DNA from: a virus
Lineage: Duplodnaviria > Caudoviricetes
Length of the DNA: 64,000 bases
Strand: one strand, 5' to 3'
IMG/VR virus record: IMGVR_UViG_3300011774_000001
Span: 64,001 to 128,000 of that record
This document shows, piece by piece, positions 18,982-28,099 of this stretch; position 1 is the stretch's first letter, and each line of letters begins with the position of its first letter. The notes below the pieces were generated by a model that saw only the letters and a program-made list of their open reading frames with translations, was not told the DNA's origin and made no database searches. The position numbers and the translations under genes are program-made.

Positions 18982-20178
18982 ATGGGTCGTACACTGGAAG
19001 ACTTTTTCGTACACGGCAAGCAACACAACAGCTTGTCCAACCGGACCTTTGTTCGCGTCAACGGTATGTTGATGGAGCAGCGGGCTACAGACCTGTCCGA
19101 GGTATCTTCGGAGCGTCCACGTCAGCCCACTTTCCACGACCTGACCAGCGGCAAGGTCAAGCGTATGCCATTCAACCTGCCTGACCATTCTCAGGTTGGC
19201 ATGATGGGTGGCCTCTACCGCGGCGCTGATGCTCTGAACATGAGCTTTAGCGGGAACAGGATAGCCGTGGAGCAATACACACCAGATGGCTTCCTGAAGC
19301 TGTTGGCCAACCCGCCGGCGGCCTGGGGCAAGTCTGGCTTCTGGATGGAAGCGTACCGAGCCTTTGCCAAGGACCCCGAATGGAGAGCCAAGGCCGAGGC
19401 CATCGTTCGTCACAACGCCGAGTGTGTGGGCGTGGACGTTGATTATCAGGAACAGTTGGTTCAACGCATCCTGAAGAATCTGGACATGCCTGAGCCTCCT
19501 AGTGGTGAAGAGTTGGCAGAACGCTTCAAGGCCATCAAGGAAAACGGTCAGGGCATTATGTTCACTATCGACAGCTACAGCTCTCCAAACGACAGTGTCG
19601 GTCAGCGCCGCATCGCCAAGCTCGGCGTACAGCGTGCTCAGTTGACTCTGGGCAACATTGTTGAAGCCCGGCACAAGTTCCGCTCTGGTAATCTGGAGAT
19701 CGAAGCTGGTGTGGTAGAAGAATGGATCTTGCGCGCTCACATCGATCAAGACGTAGACATGGCTCGGGCTATGGAGATCGATCGTCTGATCAAGGGTGAT
19801 ATGCAATGCGGTGCTTTTGTGAGCAAGATCCTCAAGTACCTGTCGGAACCCAGCACTCAAGACGATCCGAACGACTACGACTTCTCTCCAGCTATCCTGC
19901 GTCAACTGAACCACATGCAGTTGTTCGAACTGTTCAAGCAGGCTCGTCCAATTGCGTTGGCGGTCACTGACATCGGTCGGGCATTCAAGGCTGTGAAGGC
20001 GGTGCATCCAGAAGTGAAGTACGTCTACTTTGACGAACAACTGCGCTGGAAGCATGTTGACCGTAACTTCGACGGCATCGAAGTAGGCACTCCAGAGATT
20101 GACGATCTGTTGGAAACTGCTGCACTGGTTGCGGTTGATCGCGGCCTGCTCGGCAAATGGCTGAATCCAGCCGCTTAA
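18982..20178 (+). CDS. Hypothetical protein with C-terminal 'HPEV..V.FDE..RW' domain
   Basis: SD AAGGGG; C-terminal domain shared with 23708..23923. Confidence 0.7.
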   Translation: MGRTLEDFFVHGKQHNSLSNRTFVRVNGMLMEQRATDLSEVSSERPRQPTFHDLTSGKVKRMPFNLPDHSQVGMMGGLYRGADALNMSFSGNRIAVEQYTPDGFLKLLANPPAAWGKSGFWMEAYRAFAKDPEWRAKAEAIVRHNAECVGVDVDYQEQLVQRILKNLDMPEPPSGEELAERFKAIKENGQGIMFTIDSYSSPNDSVGQRRIAKLGVQRAQLTLGNIVEARHKFRSGNLEIEAGVVEEWILRAHIDQDVDMARAMEIDRLIKGDMQCGAFVSKILKYLSEPSTQDDPNDYDFSPAILRQLNHMQLFELFKQARPIALAVTDIGRAFKAVKAVHPEVKYVYFDEQLRWKHVDRNFDGIEVGTPEIDDLLETAALVAVDRGLLGKWLNPAA

Positions 20179-20234
20179 TGCAACACCACTCGACTGTATA
20201 GTTTGCAGTCCCCCTCACAACGGAGATACACCCG

Positions 20235-20579
20235 ATGAAACTCGTTATCAATGACGCCGGTGTCCTGGCCGCATTTACCAAAGTTGAAGGCAAGGAAGGT
20301 GTGGTTCAAGCCCAGGTCCTCGCTGGCAGCACCAACGAAAAGGTTCGCCTGCAAGCGCTGGGTGGTGCCGTTATCGAGTTGCCGGTTACCGACCTGCTCG
20401 CCACCCAATCCTTCGAAGCTGGCCAAACGATCCAGTTCACCGCCAATGGCTGGGTTGATGGCTTTGACTTCAAGGATATCAAACTGGTCGATAGCGCCAA
20501 GGCTGAAGAAGTGCGCAAGTCCACCGGCGGTAGCTCGCCTGCTGGCACCATCGCTGCGGTCAACCGCCGCCTCGACTGA
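20235..20579 (+). CDS. Hypothetical protein
   Basis: SD GGAG; strong codon bias. Confidence 0.7.
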   Translation: MKLVINDAGVLAAFTKVEGKEGVVQAQVLAGSTNEKVRLQALGGAVIELPVTDLLATQSFEAGQTIQFTANGWVDGFDFKDIKLVDSAKAEEVRKSTGGSSPAGTIAAVNRRLD

Positions 20580-20636
20580 TTACGCATCGGCCTGCTCCCC
20601 GGCACTCGCCGGGGAGTCTATGCCCAAGGACAGGAA

Positions 20637-21143
20637 ATGACAACGATTGTTTACCGTCATGGCGAGCTGGCCACTGACAGTCGAGTTCTTCGACATCAAG
20701 ATCAACATGAACTGGAACGTTCGTCCTTTGCAGAAAAGGCTTACGTCAGTAAGTGTGGTCGAATGATTCTGGCCAAGGCTGGACCTACCCTCACTCCAGA
20801 GTTCATGGAGAAGTTGGTCGAGTCTCTGGTGCCACAGATTCTCAAATGGCGAAAAGATCCCAACTACCGGATCGAGGTTGCCGAAGTCACCAACAACTTC
20901 TGGGAAACCCTGCTGGTCATTACCAAGGACTCTGCACATCACCTCGCACAGTTCCGTACCTACCTTCTGGAGGGCGATGACTGGGCGACCTTAGGTAGCG
21001 GTCAGTTCTACGCTAAAGGCGCTCTAATGGCAGGACAGAGCGTTACAGAGGCAGTCAAAGCTACACTTCGCTTTGATCGTTTGTCGGGTGGCAAGATTTG
21101 GCACTACAAGGCCTCTGAACTTAAGCCTTTGGTTGAGGAGTAG
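20637..21143 (+). CDS. Ntn-hydrolase, proteasome beta/HslV-like threonine peptidase
   Basis: N-terminal M-T-T-I, D-S-R, downstream Lys, GSG motif and D..SGG C-terminal motif. Confidence 0.8.
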   Translation: MTTIVYRHGELATDSRVLRHQDQHELERSSFAEKAYVSKCGRMILAKAGPTLTPEFMEKLVESLVPQILKWRKDPNYRIEVAEVTNNFWETLLVITKDSAHHLAQFRTYLLEGDDWATLGSGQFYAKGALMAGQSVTEAVKATLRFDRLSGGKIWHYKASELKPLVEE

Positions 21144-21145
21144 GT

Positions 21146-21685
21146 ATGTCCAACGTAATTCTGTTCAAAGAAGGGCGTATTCGCTTTTGCCCCAACATCA
21201 ACTCGATTGTAGTTGATCCGGTGTTCATGTCGTTGGAAGACTGGGTTACACCGGCTGGGTTGCTGTTGCCAGTAAGTCGTGCTGCGTTTGACATGCGTGA
21301 AATGTTGCGTGACCCAACCTTCGAGGCAGACACCAGCTGGGAAGCACACAGCACTGGCATACTCGTGGGTAAGGACGGGCGTCTTTACGACTGTGAGTTT
21401 ACTCGCTATGGCGATAACGACCGGCTACGGGTGAGTAAGTCGTTGAAACCCACCAGTCAGAAGAATATGTGGGTCGTCTCCAGGAATAGCAACCTTGTCC
21501 AAGCTGGCATGACCATGTTGTTGTTCATCGAGGACCTGCATGAAGTTGTCGATAAGCTGGACAGGATCTCCCCCATCCTGCTAGACGACTATGAGGAGTG
21601 GGATTATGAAGCACTTGTCAAACACACTCGCGCCGAGATCGAGCGACAATTCCCTGACAACCCAGGCACTGCCCTTGGAGGGTGA
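21146..21685 (+). CDS. Hypothetical protein, possible non-catalytic Ntn-fold paralog
   Basis: SD GAGGAG; similar length and motif order to the upstream gene but no Thr1 or GSG. Confidence 0.6.
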   Translation: MSNVILFKEGRIRFCPNINSIVVDPVFMSLEDWVTPAGLLLPVSRAAFDMREMLRDPTFEADTSWEAHSTGILVGKDGRLYDCEFTRYGDNDRLRVSKSLKPTSQKNMWVVSRNSNLVQAGMTMLLFIEDLHEVVDKLDRISPILLDDYEEWDYEALVKHTRAEIERQFPDNPGTALGG

Positions 21686-22040
21686 GTATCTTCCATCGGA
21701 CGAACCGGACCCAAGGAAAAGTCGGAAGGATAGGCAGGCCGAATGGTGGGCGCATCAGAACAAGGCCAGCCGAGTTCATGCCGCTTACTTTCATGTAGGT
21801 TTTCAGCAGTCCATAGATCCTGACAGAAAGATGGACATGTACGATGCGTTGGGTTATCTCTGGGGCATCGTGTTCTTCTCCTCTCCTGCCTGGCTTGTCA
21901 TCTTGTTTGGTTATGCTGAAAGAAAAGCGCCTGGCACTGCATTTGTCATTGTAGCCGCCTGCTTCATTCTCCCCATGCTCTACTTTATCTGTAAATGCAT
22001 TTGGGTAATTGCAAGGGGGCTCTGGAATGGAGAAAGGTAA
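21675..22040 (+). CDS. Membrane protein (2 TM); start uncertain
   Basis: Two hydrophobic stretches; in-frame TTG at 21675. Confidence 0.5.
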   Translation: MEGEYLPSDEPDPRKSRKDRQAEWWAHQNKASRVHAAYFHVGFQQSIDPDRKMDMYDALGYLWGIVFFSSPAWLVILFGYAERKAPGTAFVIVAACFILPMLYFICKCIWVIARGLWNGER

Positions 22041-22341
22041 AGAGGTAGGGCCGTTGGTTGGCGTGTTTCTTCCCGCACCCCTACCGCCTGAGGTCTCAAG
22101 CTTAAAAGCTGAAGACATCTACCGTTTCGAAGATTTGGTCGAAGCTATGGCCAAAGTAGAAGATGTGTACAGAACCGTAATCCTCAATCCAGAGGTTGAA
22201 ACGGCTAATGTACTCATTGAAGTCAGTACCACCCCAAGTCAAGGGAATAAGTTTGATGTTGATAACTTCCTTTGGCGGGTTGGTCTGCCGCTGCTGTCTT
22301 TCATGTTGATTGGCATTGCAGTGTTAACTTGTTTCATCTAA
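22027..22341 (+). CDS. Membrane-anchored hypothetical protein
   Basis: C-terminal TM helix. Confidence 0.55.
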   Translation: MEKGKEVGPLVGVFLPAPLPPEVSSLKAEDIYRFEDLVEAMAKVEDVYRTVILNPEVETANVLIEVSTTPSQGNKFDVDNFLWRVGLPLLSFMLIGIAVLTCFI

Positions 22342-22378
22342 ACCATTAGCGCCCCACATGGGGTAAGGAACCTGCCAC

Positions 22379-22774
22379 ATGGCACCTGCAAACTCGATTG
22401 AACAACAAGTCATGGCGTACCTGATTCAATGCGCCATTGAACGTCGCACCACCACCTACGAAGAGCTGGCTCAGCACTTTCGTATGCCCACCACCTGGCC
22501 CCGTCTGAGTCAGACCCTGAGCCCCATTCTGTATCGCGTCTTTGACTGGTGCGAGCAGAAGCGCCTGCCCAAACTTACCGTACTGGTCGTGCGTAAGTCT
22601 GGTGCTGACATGGCTTTGCCGGGTCGCGGGTTCTGGGCTGTCTCTGGGATGCCTCAGATCGGCCGGATTGAGAAAGTCCTGCTGACCGAGATGTGGACTA
22701 CTGACGTGTTCAGTTATTTCACGATTCCCAGCGAACCCCTAATCGCCCACCCCTTACCCAAGGATGGTGTCTGA
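22379..22774 (+). CDS. Winged-helix / ATL-like putative DNA-binding protein
   Basis: TTYEELA..L..IL..V..WC....LPKLTVLVV.K....PG.GF pattern. Confidence 0.6.
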   Translation: MAPANSIEQQVMAYLIQCAIERRTTTYEELAQHFRMPTTWPRLSQTLSPILYRVFDWCEQKRLPKLTVLVVRKSGADMALPGRGFWAVSGMPQIGRIEKVLLTEMWTTDVFSYFTIPSEPLIAHPLPKDGV

Positions 22775-23016
22775 TGGCAGTTGAAGACGAGTATTGTCAC
22801 ATCTACCAAAACATGCAAGGCCGTTATGAAGACGGCCATCGTGTGGTGACTTCTCGGGTGGATGTGATCGATGCGGAAGGGATGTACGTGCGTGAGTTTG
22901 AAGAGGAGATCCCGGTCCCGCACCGTAAAGGCGTCGGCACCATCTGGACTCCCAACAGCTTCGACGCCTTCGCAACCCCTCCACCCCGCCACCGTTATCG
23001 GAGTCGGATCGTATGA
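22774..23016 (+). CDS. Small hypothetical protein (Q-motif family)
   Basis: TGATG coupling; ..HIYQNMQ. Confidence 0.55.
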   Translation: MAVEDEYCHIYQNMQGRYEDGHRVVTSRVDVIDAEGMYVREFEEEIPVPHRKGVGTIWTPNSFDAFATPPPRHRYRSRIV

Positions 23017-23264
23017 GCCTTAAGTATTTCCGCACTCAGCGGGTTATCGAAAAGCCCAACGACAGTGACGAGACAACCCTTGAGTCTGCCACCCTCCACG
23101 AGGATGGACAGATTCAGGCGGTGTATCAACACTACAGCGCTGGGTCGTTGTTCTTCGAATCTCACATGTCCAACACGGACTGTGGCATTCGGCGGTACAA
23201 CCATAACCACGAGCCTTGGCTCATGCCCAAACTCAAAATGCTTTGGATGCCGGGGGTTCCATGA
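23013..23264 (+). CDS. Small hypothetical protein (Q-motif family)
   Basis: ATGA overlap; MSLKYFRTQ. Confidence 0.55.
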   Translation: MSLKYFRTQRVIEKPNDSDETTLESATLHEDGQIQAVYQHYSAGSLFFESHMSNTDCGIRRYNHNHEPWLMPKLKMLWMPGVP

Positions 23265-23476
23265 GAGAGCTAAGATTCGTTAACACCCAATGTCATTCAC
23301 CGGATGGCGTTCCTATGGGACGCTCTTCGATGTTCACCGTCATGGACCAGGAAGGCCGCGCGGTGGCCTCGCAGTGGGTCAACAAAGAGGGCGGGCCTCG
23401 CAAGCGTTACACCTTCTACCCCAACACCTCGGCCTGGCAACGCAGCTACCCATTGTCTGAACGGCGAGTGCGGTGA
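23261..23476 (+). CDS. Small hypothetical protein (Q-motif family)
   Basis: ATGA overlap; MRELRFVNTQ. Confidence 0.55.
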   Translation: MRELRFVNTQCHSPDGVPMGRSSMFTVMDQEGRAVASQWVNKEGGPRKRYTFYPNTSAWQRSYPLSERRVR

Positions 23477-23697
23477 TGGATAGTCTTGTCTACTACAACC
23501 AACAGAAGCCCGATGCCGAACGAACGGTGAATGATCTTGTGGTTATCGTTGATGGTGAACGAAGCTACGGGCGACTTACGTTCACGTTGGCCGATGGTAC
23601 GGTTGAGGATGATTGGATCTTTCACTGTCGTAAGTGGGTTAGAAACGTCACGCCTCCTCGTGTCTACAAACAACCGCCGAACTACGAGTTCGTTTAA
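23473..23697 (+). CDS. Small hypothetical protein (Q-motif family)
   Basis: GTGA overlap; MDSLVYYNQQ. Confidence 0.55.
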   Translation: MMDSLVYYNQQKPDAERTVNDLVVIVDGERSYGRLTFTLADGTVEDDWIFHCRKWVRNVTPPRVYKQPPNYEFV

Positions 23698-23707
23698 AGG
23701 AGTTATC

Positions 23708-23923
23708 ATGGAAAAGGTTCAAGCAGCACTGAAACACGTTGCCAGCATTCACCCAGAAGTTACCCAAGTGGTTTACGACGAAGACATTCGTTGGAGCTAT
23801 CAGGATGCTCAGGGCAACCCAGCAGACTTCACTGGTAGTCAGCCAGATATTGGTATCCTTGAAGATGCCGCTGATGAGATCTCCAACAACGGTCGCATCG
23901 GCGAAGTGTTCACCCTGCAATAA
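23708..23923 (+). CDS. Small stand-alone 'HPEV' domain protein (71 aa)
   Basis: SD AAAGGAG; similar to the C-terminus of 18982..20178. Confidence 0.65.
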   Translation: MEKVQAALKHVASIHPEVTQVVYDEDIRWSYQDAQGNPADFTGSQPDIGILEDAADEISNNGRIGEVFTLQ

Positions 23924-23930
23924 GCCCCTG

Positions 23931-24015
23931 CTCCCCTACCTTCGGGTGGGGGAGTTTATGCCCTCACTTCTTTTTTTTTGTTTGACGGCATAATGGCCAG
24001 CCCGAAGGCCGGCCA
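23931..24015. terminator. Back-to-back terminators between convergent units
   Basis: Plus: CTCCCCTACC-TTCG-GGTGGGGGAG-TTTATGCC then a T-run. Minus: TGGCCGGCC-TTCG-GGCTGGCCA-TTATGCC. Confidence 0.7.
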
Positions 24016-24031
24016 CCGTACCTCTGCATCT

Positions 24032-24907
24032 TTACATCTGCAGACCGACCGCGTTCTGAGCAGCTTCCTCGATCGACTTTTTGTAGCCTCGGCCAGCGGC
24101 CTCGACGTCGGCGTGGATGCTGTCGAAAGCAGCAGGGCGGTTGTTCGGCGAAACGCCGGTCAGGGAGATGCTGTTGAGCACTTCCTGGGCGAACTCGAAC
24201 ACAGCCTGAGTCGACTCGGTCACGGAGGTGAACTCCATGGACAGGGTCAGCGCAGTGTCGCCTTCCGGCAAATTGCGAACCATTTCGCGCGGGATACCCG
24301 AAGAAGGCATCATGTTGCTGAGCAGGGCAGCTTCCACCACGTAGCGGTGGGTTGGGTCTGGCTCGATGAAGAGCATGCTCATGGACATGAAGTTTTCCAG
24401 GATTTCCTCTGGCATGTCCGAAACGGCCATGTGGAGAATTTCCGGGAACTTCGTCTCCGGGTTCATCATCGCAGTGCGCTGCCAGTAGGTGTAGAAACGG
24501 GTGATGACCTTCCCGTACTTCTCCTGGTAGCTGAACGAAGGCGTAGATTCCGCCTGCGTCATGTTCTGGATGATGCGCAGCTTCTGGCCACCGCCGCCCA
24601 CTGGAGTCTCTGCAAACTCAGGGGTGATGGTGAGGTTGATACCCTCGATGGAGAGTGGGTGCTCTTCGACCAGAACCTTGAGGGTTTCGATCAACAGCTG
24701 ACCACCATCGATGTAATCCATGAACAGCGGATGCTGAACAAGGATTGGAATCATCGACTTCCGGGTGTAAGGGGTGTTGCTGGGCAGTTCGCGGAAGTTG
24801 GGCATGAAGCCCATTTGCTGACCCATCCGCGGGTCCACTACAGGCGAGTATGCGCCCTTCACGAACCCCTGCTTACCCAGCATGCGGTTTACATAGTCGT
24901 TTGCCAT
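24032..24907 (-). CDS. Tail tube protein (phiKZ gp30-like)
   Basis: 291 aa directly downstream of the sheath; EKYG and FIEPDPT motifs. Confidence 0.8.
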   Translation of the reverse strand: MANDYVNRMLGKQGFVKGAYSPVVDPRMGQQMGFMPNFRELPSNTPYTRKSMIPILVQHPLFMDYIDGGQLLIETLKVLVEEHPLSIEGINLTITPEFAETPVGGGGQKLRIIQNMTQAESTPSFSYQEKYGKVITRFYTYWQRTAMMNPETKFPEILHMAVSDMPEEILENFMSMSMLFIEPDPTHRYVVEAALLSNMMPSSGIPREMVRNLPEGDTALTLSMEFTSVTESTQAVFEFAQEVLNSISLTGVSPNNRPAAFDSIHADVEAAGRGYKKSIEEAAQNAVGLQM

Positions 24908-24960
24908 GGCAAAAACATCCTCATGTTGCCTCCCCCTTTACAGGGGGAAGCCGGGTGGGG

Positions 24961-27036
24961 TTAGGCTGCCTGAGCCACGCCTTCCAGCGCATCCAGACGG
25001 TTGGTACGGATGGTGAAGGAACCAACCGTGCGCAGGTTGCCCATGTACAGGTCGACACGGCAAGACCACGAGAAGCCGCGCTGGGTGTCCGCCGGGGTGA
25101 AGAAGGTGTTTGGAACCACCGTTACACGACCGTCGTACTTACCAGCAACCGCCTTAGCGATCTTGTTGTTCGAACGCTGAATGAACTGCGCTTCGGTCAG
25201 ACCCTTGATGCCAACCAACTCGGTCCAGACCTGACGGCAGACTTTGATGATGTCGACGGCCACGATCATGTTGAACGCGGAGTTCAGCACGGAGGTGTCG
25301 TCTTCAAACACGGTCTGGTAGGCAGGAATGAACTGGTCACGGCGGTTGCTGTACTGAGCCCAGACAATGCCGTTGTTCCAGAAGTTGTCGATCATGGTCT
25401 CGGTTTTGCTGCGGGCGTTGATCTCGGTGTAACCCTTGACCACGTTGTTGCCCGGCTCGTCCGGCTGTTTCTCGCCGTCCCACAGCTGATTACCGGCACC
25501 CATGTACTGGGCGCAGTCGTCCGCGAACTTGTAGGTAAGCGGAACCACCGATTTGACCTTGGCCGATGGCATGGTACCTGCGTGACCCAGAATGATCGCG
25601 CGGCAGCAGCCAGTACCGTACAGAACGGACTCTGGATACGACATGAGTTCGTTCTTGATGGCAACGCCGATCGAGTAGTCCTCGGCCTCGTCGTTCATCG
25701 GCTGACCCCACACCTGGGTCGACATGACCAGGTAGATGTCATCGCGGTTGGCGAGCATCTGAGGGAACTTCAGCTTGGTCTCCAGCGTGAAGCCGGAGTC
25801 GTACATGCAGGACATCGGCACGCGCCAGCGGTCCCACAGACGGGCCGGGTGGTTCATGAAGTTGTCCAGGAAGTCGCCCACTGCCTTGTCATAGGCTGCA
25901 TCGTCCAGAGTACCGTCACCGCCGCCTTGAGCGAAGTGAGTGGTGGACTCGGTGAAGAGCAGGCCGCCGTTGGCAGGACCTTCTACTTCGATGGTGTGGT
26001 ACGGGTAGCCCAGGTACGACTGACCAGTCAAGAAGTTGACCATGTGGTAGTCGTCTTCGGTTTCGCCAGCGGTGCCGAACGGGATCTCGTCTTCGTGAAT
26101 GGCCTTGAGGAATTCCTCCAGGTATTCTTCGTAGACGTGGTAGCCCGACCAGGTACCGAAGGTATCAGGACCGCCGTCGTCGGACTTGGCATTGTAGGCC
26201 TGTTTAAAGGTCTCGTCGATGCCGTATTCAACGTTGGTGGTGCGGTCGTAAACGCCTTCCTTGAAGGAGAACGTCACGTACTGCTCACCGGACAGGGTGG
26301 TCTTGATCAGTGCGCTGGAGCGCTCATTGGCACGCTCCATGGCCTGGAAGCGGAACAGGAAGGCACGCTGATCTTCGATCAGGTCTTCACGGGTGCCGCC
26401 AGGAGTGCGCAGGGTTGGAGCGAGAAGACGGAAGCCACCACGGTCGCCAGCCTTGCCGCGGAACGGACGCTGGAATTCGAACAGTGGGTACTTCTCGGAA
26501 CTGCTACCATCTTCGTCGCTCACGAGGTCGCCGGTACCCGCCACTTGCTGGCCGAGAACGTTGTCCTTCAGAGGCGTGCTGGTGATGCGCACACGCTTCT
26601 TCGCGATGGTCGGAGTGGTCTCATCCACCAGCGGACCAGTCGGGCCCATTTTATAGGTGCCGTCAGAGTTGCGCTGATAGTTAGGGCGGATGTCCGAAAC
26701 GTATTCACCCCACAGGGTGATGCCAGCCGGCTTCGGTGCATCTGCTGCGACGATACGGCAAATCATCTGCTGGTTACCAGCTTCATTCACCGCTTCGGAA
26801 AGCAGCGACTGGTGGCAGAAGTAGCCGCCCTTACGGTCGTACATGTCCGAACCGTAGAGCATCTTCATGCGGTTGCCCGACACGAGTTGATCGTCTTCAG
26901 GACCCCAGGAAGTGCGGAGCAGGAACAGCGGGGTATGCGTTGCAATCTGCAACGGCTCGACTGGCAGTTGTTGGCCACTGACATCGTCGAAACCATCGAA
27001 GAGGAAACGCGGGGCCCCATTTTTAACTGTGGCCAT
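24961..27036 (-). CDS. Tail sheath protein (phiKZ gp29-like)
   Basis: 691 aa; NGAP..G.DD.S N-terminus, YDSGF.LETK, and T.ADTQRGFSW C-terminal sheath motif. Confidence 0.88.
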   Translation of the reverse strand: MATVKNGAPRFLFDGFDDVSGQQLPVEPLQIATHTPLFLLRTSWGPEDDQLVSGNRMKMLYGSDMYDRKGGYFCHQSLLSEAVNEAGNQQMICRIVAADAPKPAGITLWGEYVSDIRPNYQRNSDGTYKMGPTGPLVDETTPTIAKKRVRITSTPLKDNVLGQQVAGTGDLVSDEDGSSSEKYPLFEFQRPFRGKAGDRGGFRLLAPTLRTPGGTREDLIEDQRAFLFRFQAMERANERSSALIKTTLSGEQYVTFSFKEGVYDRTTNVEYGIDETFKQAYNAKSDDGGPDTFGTWSGYHVYEEYLEEFLKAIHEDEIPFGTAGETEDDYHMVNFLTGQSYLGYPYHTIEVEGPANGGLLFTESTTHFAQGGGDGTLDDAAYDKAVGDFLDNFMNHPARLWDRWRVPMSCMYDSGFTLETKLKFPQMLANRDDIYLVMSTQVWGQPMNDEAEDYSIGVAIKNELMSYPESVLYGTGCCRAIILGHAGTMPSAKVKSVVPLTYKFADDCAQYMGAGNQLWDGEKQPDEPGNNVVKGYTEINARSKTETMIDNFWNNGIVWAQYSNRRDQFIPAYQTVFEDDTSVLNSAFNMIVAVDIIKVCRQVWTELVGIKGLTEAQFIQRSNNKIAKAVAGKYDGRVTVVPNTFFTPADTQRGFSWSCRVDLYMGNLRTVGSFTIRTNRLDALEGVAQAA

Positions 27037-27223
27037 CGGGTGTTACTCCTTTAAAGGAAGGTGTTCGTTCTTTGCAAAGAGGTCGCCTACCGGTCAACGC
27101 TCCCTTAGGGCCATGGTCCCCCTCGGAAGAGGCAGGCCTTGCGATAGGCCAATTTGACTTAGCCATAAGATAATAGCTTAGCTTTCAACCGATCTTTCAT
27201 ATACACAACGCGCCGAGGCCAGC

Positions 27224-28099
27224 ATGATCATTGACCCCTATGAAACAACTCTCACCCGTCCGTACCTTTCGGACAAGATCCGCAGCGGGGTCATCCAGGC
27301 AGCCCTGGCCGACAGTCCTTACGGGTTGATCTTTCGCATCATGGATGAACATAGCGAAGTGCCGTCTTTCACCCAGCCAATCGTTTTCGAAACGCCGGGT
27401 AATAAAGGCAAGCGCATTGCAATCGATTGCCGCCAGTACAAAGGCTCCAGCCCGTTCGTCAAAGAACAGCTCGACTTGCTGGAACTGCGCGCTGCCCTGA
27501 CTCTGCACGCGGTGCGTGAAGAGAACATGACTGCGTTCTACCACCCCGTAGCCTCGACAGCGTTTGCGAACCTGATCGCTGGTATGGTTAGCCAGCGCTT
27601 TGGTATCGACCCACGGCTCAAGGCGTATGTGACGGTAGTGGCTGCTGCACACTACTACAACATTACCCATGCGCTCGATAAAGGCTATGGCGATCAAGAC
27701 CTGCCACTGTTGATGCAGAACATCATGCGTGACCTGCGTCTGCCGATGGATGTGGTTGAAGCAGCCCTCGACAAGTGCGAGTACGGCGACACCATGGAAT
27801 CGCTGTGCGAGAACATCAAGCGTGTTGACGACACCGATCGTACCAAGTCTCTGGTACCCGGACTGATCATCAACTCCTCGGGTGGCCTGTGGTTCGGCAT
27901 CAACTCGGCTGAAACTGTGGGTGTGGCTTACGAGCATGCACCGACCTTCTGCGCACTGCTGTTCAATGCGCTGGGCGATGGTTCTTACAGCCGTGGCGAA
28001 ATGGCCAAGCGTCTGAAGAACGTCAACAGTGTTCGTCAGAAGGCGGAACAATTCCGCAAAACGATGCGCACCATTCAAGCGGAGATTATCAATGCCTAG
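27224..28099 (+). CDS. Virion structural protein (phiKZ gp28-like)
   Basis: MIIDPYETT N-terminus, E.AP.F.A motif; synteny. Confidence 0.7.
   Translation: MIIDPYETTLTRPYLSDKIRSGVIQAALADSPYGLIFRIMDEHSEVPSFTQPIVFETPGNKGKRIAIDCRQYKGSSPFVKEQLDLLELRAALTLHAVREENMTAFYHPVASTAFANLIAGMVSQRFGIDPRLKAYVTVVAAAHYYNITHALDKGYGDQDLPLLMQNIMRDLRLPMDVVEAALDKCEYGDTMESLCENIKRVDDTDRTKSLVPGLIINSSGGLWFGINSAETVGVAYEHAPTFCALLFNALGDGSYSRGEMAKRLKNVNSVRQKAEQFRKTMRTIQAEIINA

Noticed and set aside
24850-27054. 734-aa plus-strand ORF, and similar long antisense ORFs (3285..4499, 23978..24964, 28986..30800, 33277..34776, 11600..12853)
   Set aside because: Shadows of strongly codon-biased real genes on the opposite strand; no motifs or SD, and H/R/V/Q-skewed composition.
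27092-27159. Cloverleaf as a tRNA gene
   Set aside because: Lacks the T-psi-C and D-loop consensus, a 7-bp acceptor stem and a 7-nt anticodon loop.
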